Source of the DNA: a virus
Length of the DNA stretch: 64,000 bases
Reading direction: 5' to 3' (one strand)
Virus record (IMG/VR): IMGVR_UViG_3300032177_000008
Coordinates: 5,399-69,398 of that record
Shown here: piece by piece, positions 61,405 through 64,000 of the stretch
How the letters are laid out: every line of letters starts with the position of its first letter
How positions within the stretch are numbered: the first letter of the stretch is position 1
Position numbers and translations under genes: made by a program
The notes under the pieces: generated by a model
What the model saw: the letters and a program-made list of their open reading frames with translations, nothing else
Told to the model about the DNA's origin: nothing
Databases searched by the model: none

Positions 61405-61656
61405 ATGAAATTTTTAAAAGAAACAACAGATTTTGAGGTGTTTACTTCTTGGGGTGGAAAACTAGACTTAGTCGTGTCCTATGATCCTGACAGTCACACC
61501 GTTGAGTACTACATGCGGGATAACAAAACGGGTGAGGCACTCATTCGCCGCGGCAAAAAAGTTCTCATGAAGCGTGTGATGCCAGAAACACATATGGTGT
61601 TAAAGACTCATCCTGAGGTAGGTCACTTTGAAAGAAGCTTTGCTAAAATTAAGTAG
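61405..61656 (+). CDS. 83-aa hypothetical protein between the two arrays
   Basis: ORF starts ~10 nt after the array 1 end hairpin. Confidence 0.6.
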   Translation: MKFLKETTDFEVFTSWGGKLDLVVSYDPDSHTVEYYMRDNKTGEALIRRGKKVLMKRVMPETHMVLKTHPEVGHFERSFAKIK

Positions 61657-61790
61657 TGTTTTATAAATTATTAATTTTTAAAATATTATTTAATTCTATG
61701 AAGCCCCCCGAAGAGCGCCAATTGTTCATCGGGGGAGCCCCATCATCATAGGCTTATAGGATAAATACAAAATTACATAAACGCAATAGA

Positions 61791-61943
61791 TTCGTGCCAA
61801 CCACCAGTTGAAAACCAAAACACAACTTCGTGCCTATGCTCACCTGAAACCCAAAGTCAATGTGCGTGCCTTACATCTCTCGAAAACCAAATCATGACTG
61901 CGTGCCTGAGTGCCAATGTAAACCAACGTCTCCATTCGCACCG
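61791..61943 (+). repeat. TIGR-like array 2: 4 units of 36 bp
   Basis: Same repeats; edges at 61791, 61827, 61863, 61899, 61935. Confidence 0.9.
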
Positions 61944-61970
61944 CCCAGGATATCCTGGGCGGTGATTTTA
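61939..61970 (+). terminator. perfect palindromic terminator closing array 2
   Basis: caccgcccaggatatcctgggcggtg followed by atttt. Confidence 0.75.
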
Positions 61971-62041
61971 TTTAAATAGTCGAATTAGATAATTGGTTAA
62001 ACTAGAAATAATTTATCTAACTTAGACAATTATTTAACCAA

Positions 62042-63676
62042 TTATCTCCCAATTCCATAATAATTATCAGCAGCTTCGCGACAATAAATAGATGAGTGAC
62101 ATGCGTCGTCAGGGTTAGATGCGCGGTGGTCATACTTCAATGCCTTCTGGTCTGTATACTCTGCGTAAATGTTTTCAATGTCACAGAGGAAATCTTTTGA
62201 TGCTTCCCAATTAGGCCACACAATCTCTTGCTTCTTAATGCTACTAAAGAAATCGGACATTACTTCCGTTCGGCTCAATTGGTATCGGTTTCCTGCTTCA
62301 TTGTATTTTTTACGCTCCCCCTGAATACCCACATGTTGGAACTGAATAATCTTATGCACCCCAAAAACTTCTTCTAAACGAGAGTTCACTCCCCAACCGT
62401 GCCCCCAGTCAGACCCAACGCAGCGCACATTAAAAGCTCTAAGAATTCGTATAATCTCGTCCACACAAAAAGTAGGGTGAGCTTCCTTACCCTCAAACCT
62501 TTTGTAGTAAAAATAGTGAAAGGACTTAGGTGACAAATACGTTCCTAAAGAAAGCACCGTATAAGATGCATGCTTCAGCCGCCCCTTCTCAGACTTCTCA
62601 CTTCCATCCGTTCCTTCACCCCAATCAATTCCAGCAAAGATCTCCATCCGCTTCGTCCAGCCATCTGGTTGATACCGAAACGGATGTGTAGAAGAACAAC
62701 AAGACACGAGCTCCGTGCGTGTAATCGGCTTACTCGAGCTGTCAAAACTAATCCCTAGGCACTCGTTGTAGAAAACCCCTTTCGAAAGGTGGGTGTGCTT
62801 ATATAAAAGCTCCTTCCACTTGTCTGGGTTCTGGTACCAAGGCACCATCAACTGCGAGATCCGGTATCCAATCAAATCTCGAGTATTTGAAAACGCAATC
62901 CACTTACCATTCTTAGGGTCAATCCGGTTGCCACACTTGTTGCAAATGGGCCCGTCCTTTCCCAAACACTTCTCATCCAAATAGTTCCAGTGCTGAGGGA
63001 TGTGGTGGTCACAGGGGACGAGCCATTCGCACTGGGAGGAGATATCCCAGTGCTGCTGTATTGGATTGTCGAGGCTCTTTGGAGTTCCACTCAGAATCTC
63101 CTGGGGGTCTTCAGCATGAGATAGGCACTCCTCAATCACCTGAATGTTTGAGGTAAGAAGATCCTGCACCTCATCCAAACAAAGAAGATCTGCACTCAGA
63201 CCGCGAGCTCGATCGGCATTTAAGAAGGCTGACCGAATCCAACACATAGAGCCATTTGACAGGCCGCGTTCAAAAACTTGAGCACTTGTGGATGAGTTTA
63301 AAAAGTACTTCGAGATGATCGGTGAATCTTCAATCCATGGACGCAGCTTGCCATTGGAAAATTGTCTCGATTGCAAGTGGCTCGGACTTATATAGAGGGT
63401 CTTCAAGTAGGGGGTTAGCACAGACTGAATGATGATTTCATTTGCAAGAGATGTGGTTTTTTCAACCTGCCTTCCACAAAGAAGAAGCTTCTTTTTGTAC
63501 TTCGTATTGTAGATGGGGAATAGGTAATCCCTACCTTTAAAACTGAAGGGTTTTCCATCGAGATAGATGAGTTTGGATATCCAATCGCTCTTCGTGGCTT
63601 TGAGTAGTTTTTTGACTGTCCCATTAGATTGAAAGAGTTGCTGAACTTTAAGAGTGGCTTTTGTGGTTTCATCCAT
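62042..63676 (-). CDS. terL: terminase large subunit
   Basis: GRQVEKTT Walker A, LCLDEVQD Walker B, SGTPK coupling motif, FAGIDWG and PDDACHS nuclease motifs. Confidence 0.92.
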   Translation of the reverse strand: MDETTKATLKVQQLFQSNGTVKKLLKATKSDWISKLIYLDGKPFSFKGRDYLFPIYNTKYKKKLLLCGRQVEKTTSLANEIIIQSVLTPYLKTLYISPSHLQSRQFSNGKLRPWIEDSPIISKYFLNSSTSAQVFERGLSNGSMCWIRSAFLNADRARGLSADLLCLDEVQDLLTSNIQVIEECLSHAEDPQEILSGTPKSLDNPIQQHWDISSQCEWLVPCDHHIPQHWNYLDEKCLGKDGPICNKCGNRIDPKNGKWIAFSNTRDLIGYRISQLMVPWYQNPDKWKELLYKHTHLSKGVFYNECLGISFDSSSKPITRTELVSCCSSTHPFRYQPDGWTKRMEIFAGIDWGEGTDGSEKSEKGRLKHASYTVLSLGTYLSPKSFHYFYYKRFEGKEAHPTFCVDEIIRILRAFNVRCVGSDWGHGWGVNSRLEEVFGVHKIIQFQHVGIQGERKKYNEAGNRYQLSRTEVMSDFFSSIKKQEIVWPNWEASKDFLCDIENIYAEYTDQKALKYDHRASNPDDACHSSIYCREAADNYYGIGR

Positions 63677-63745
63677 AGCTGTCTAAAACATAGCCGATGA
63701 TGAGAGATACACCAACAGGTTCTTTTAGGTCTATCTGCACTTACC

Positions 63746-63820
63746 CCCGGCAAGGGGAATATGCGGACCGTATTCAGGCATGGGCGATACCAGAAAGCCC
63801 GGCAAGGGGAATATGCGGAC
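63746..63820. repeat. 23-bp perfect direct repeat cccggcaaggggaatatgcggac (63746-63768, 63798-63820)
   Basis: Read directly; upstream of terL. Confidence 0.9.
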
Positions 63821-63896
63821 TTCCCCGGCAGTGACGTGCAAGGTTTTAAGTTGTCTAAATCACTCAAGTGAATACTAAGACTACACCCCAAAAGCC

Positions 63897-64000
63897 AATA
63901 ACACGCTGTGACGTATCAGACTATCAGGACCCCATTGCAACCAGTGGTTAATGGAAATTTTTTCCTCAGAATAGGTGATTATTCCCATACAATAATATAA
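63897..64000. repeat. 104-bp inverted repeat, copy 2 (may extend past the window end)
   Basis: Reverse complement of 4535-4638. Confidence 0.95.

Overview
A 64-kb segment of a large contractile-tailed (myovirus-type) dsDNA phage genome, standard genetic code. Layout: an AT-rich origin-like non-coding region (~4.13-4.73 kb); a long + strand block of small early genes and replication/recombination genes (SbcC-like ATPase, YhaM-like HD nuclease, Gp3/RDF-like protein, dNMP kinase, PD-(D/E)XK nucleases, SSB, M15 endolysin); a - strand virion block (tail tube, sheath, neck proteins, HNH homing endonuclease, major capsid, head proteins, putative prohead protease; 29.7-46.6 kb); glycosyltransferases; a family A DNA polymerase split by a group I intron; a hairpin-punctuated gene series; and the large terminase at the right end. 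The standout is a TIGR-Tas-like RNA-guided locus: a Nop/IS110-Tnp-like gene with no recognisable nuclease domain (58811-60214) followed by two arrays with a 36-bp period (9-nt repeat/9-nt spacer/9-nt repeat/9-nt spacer; 31 + 4 units). One reconstituted guide target matches a neighbouring phage gene at 16/18. Also seen: tRNA-like RNAs with aberrant anticodon arms, a GGTATAAG promoter-like motif, a K-x-A motif shared by head proteins, and a 104-bp inverted repeat linking the origin-like region to the window end. All assignments are by eye from motifs; no searches were run.
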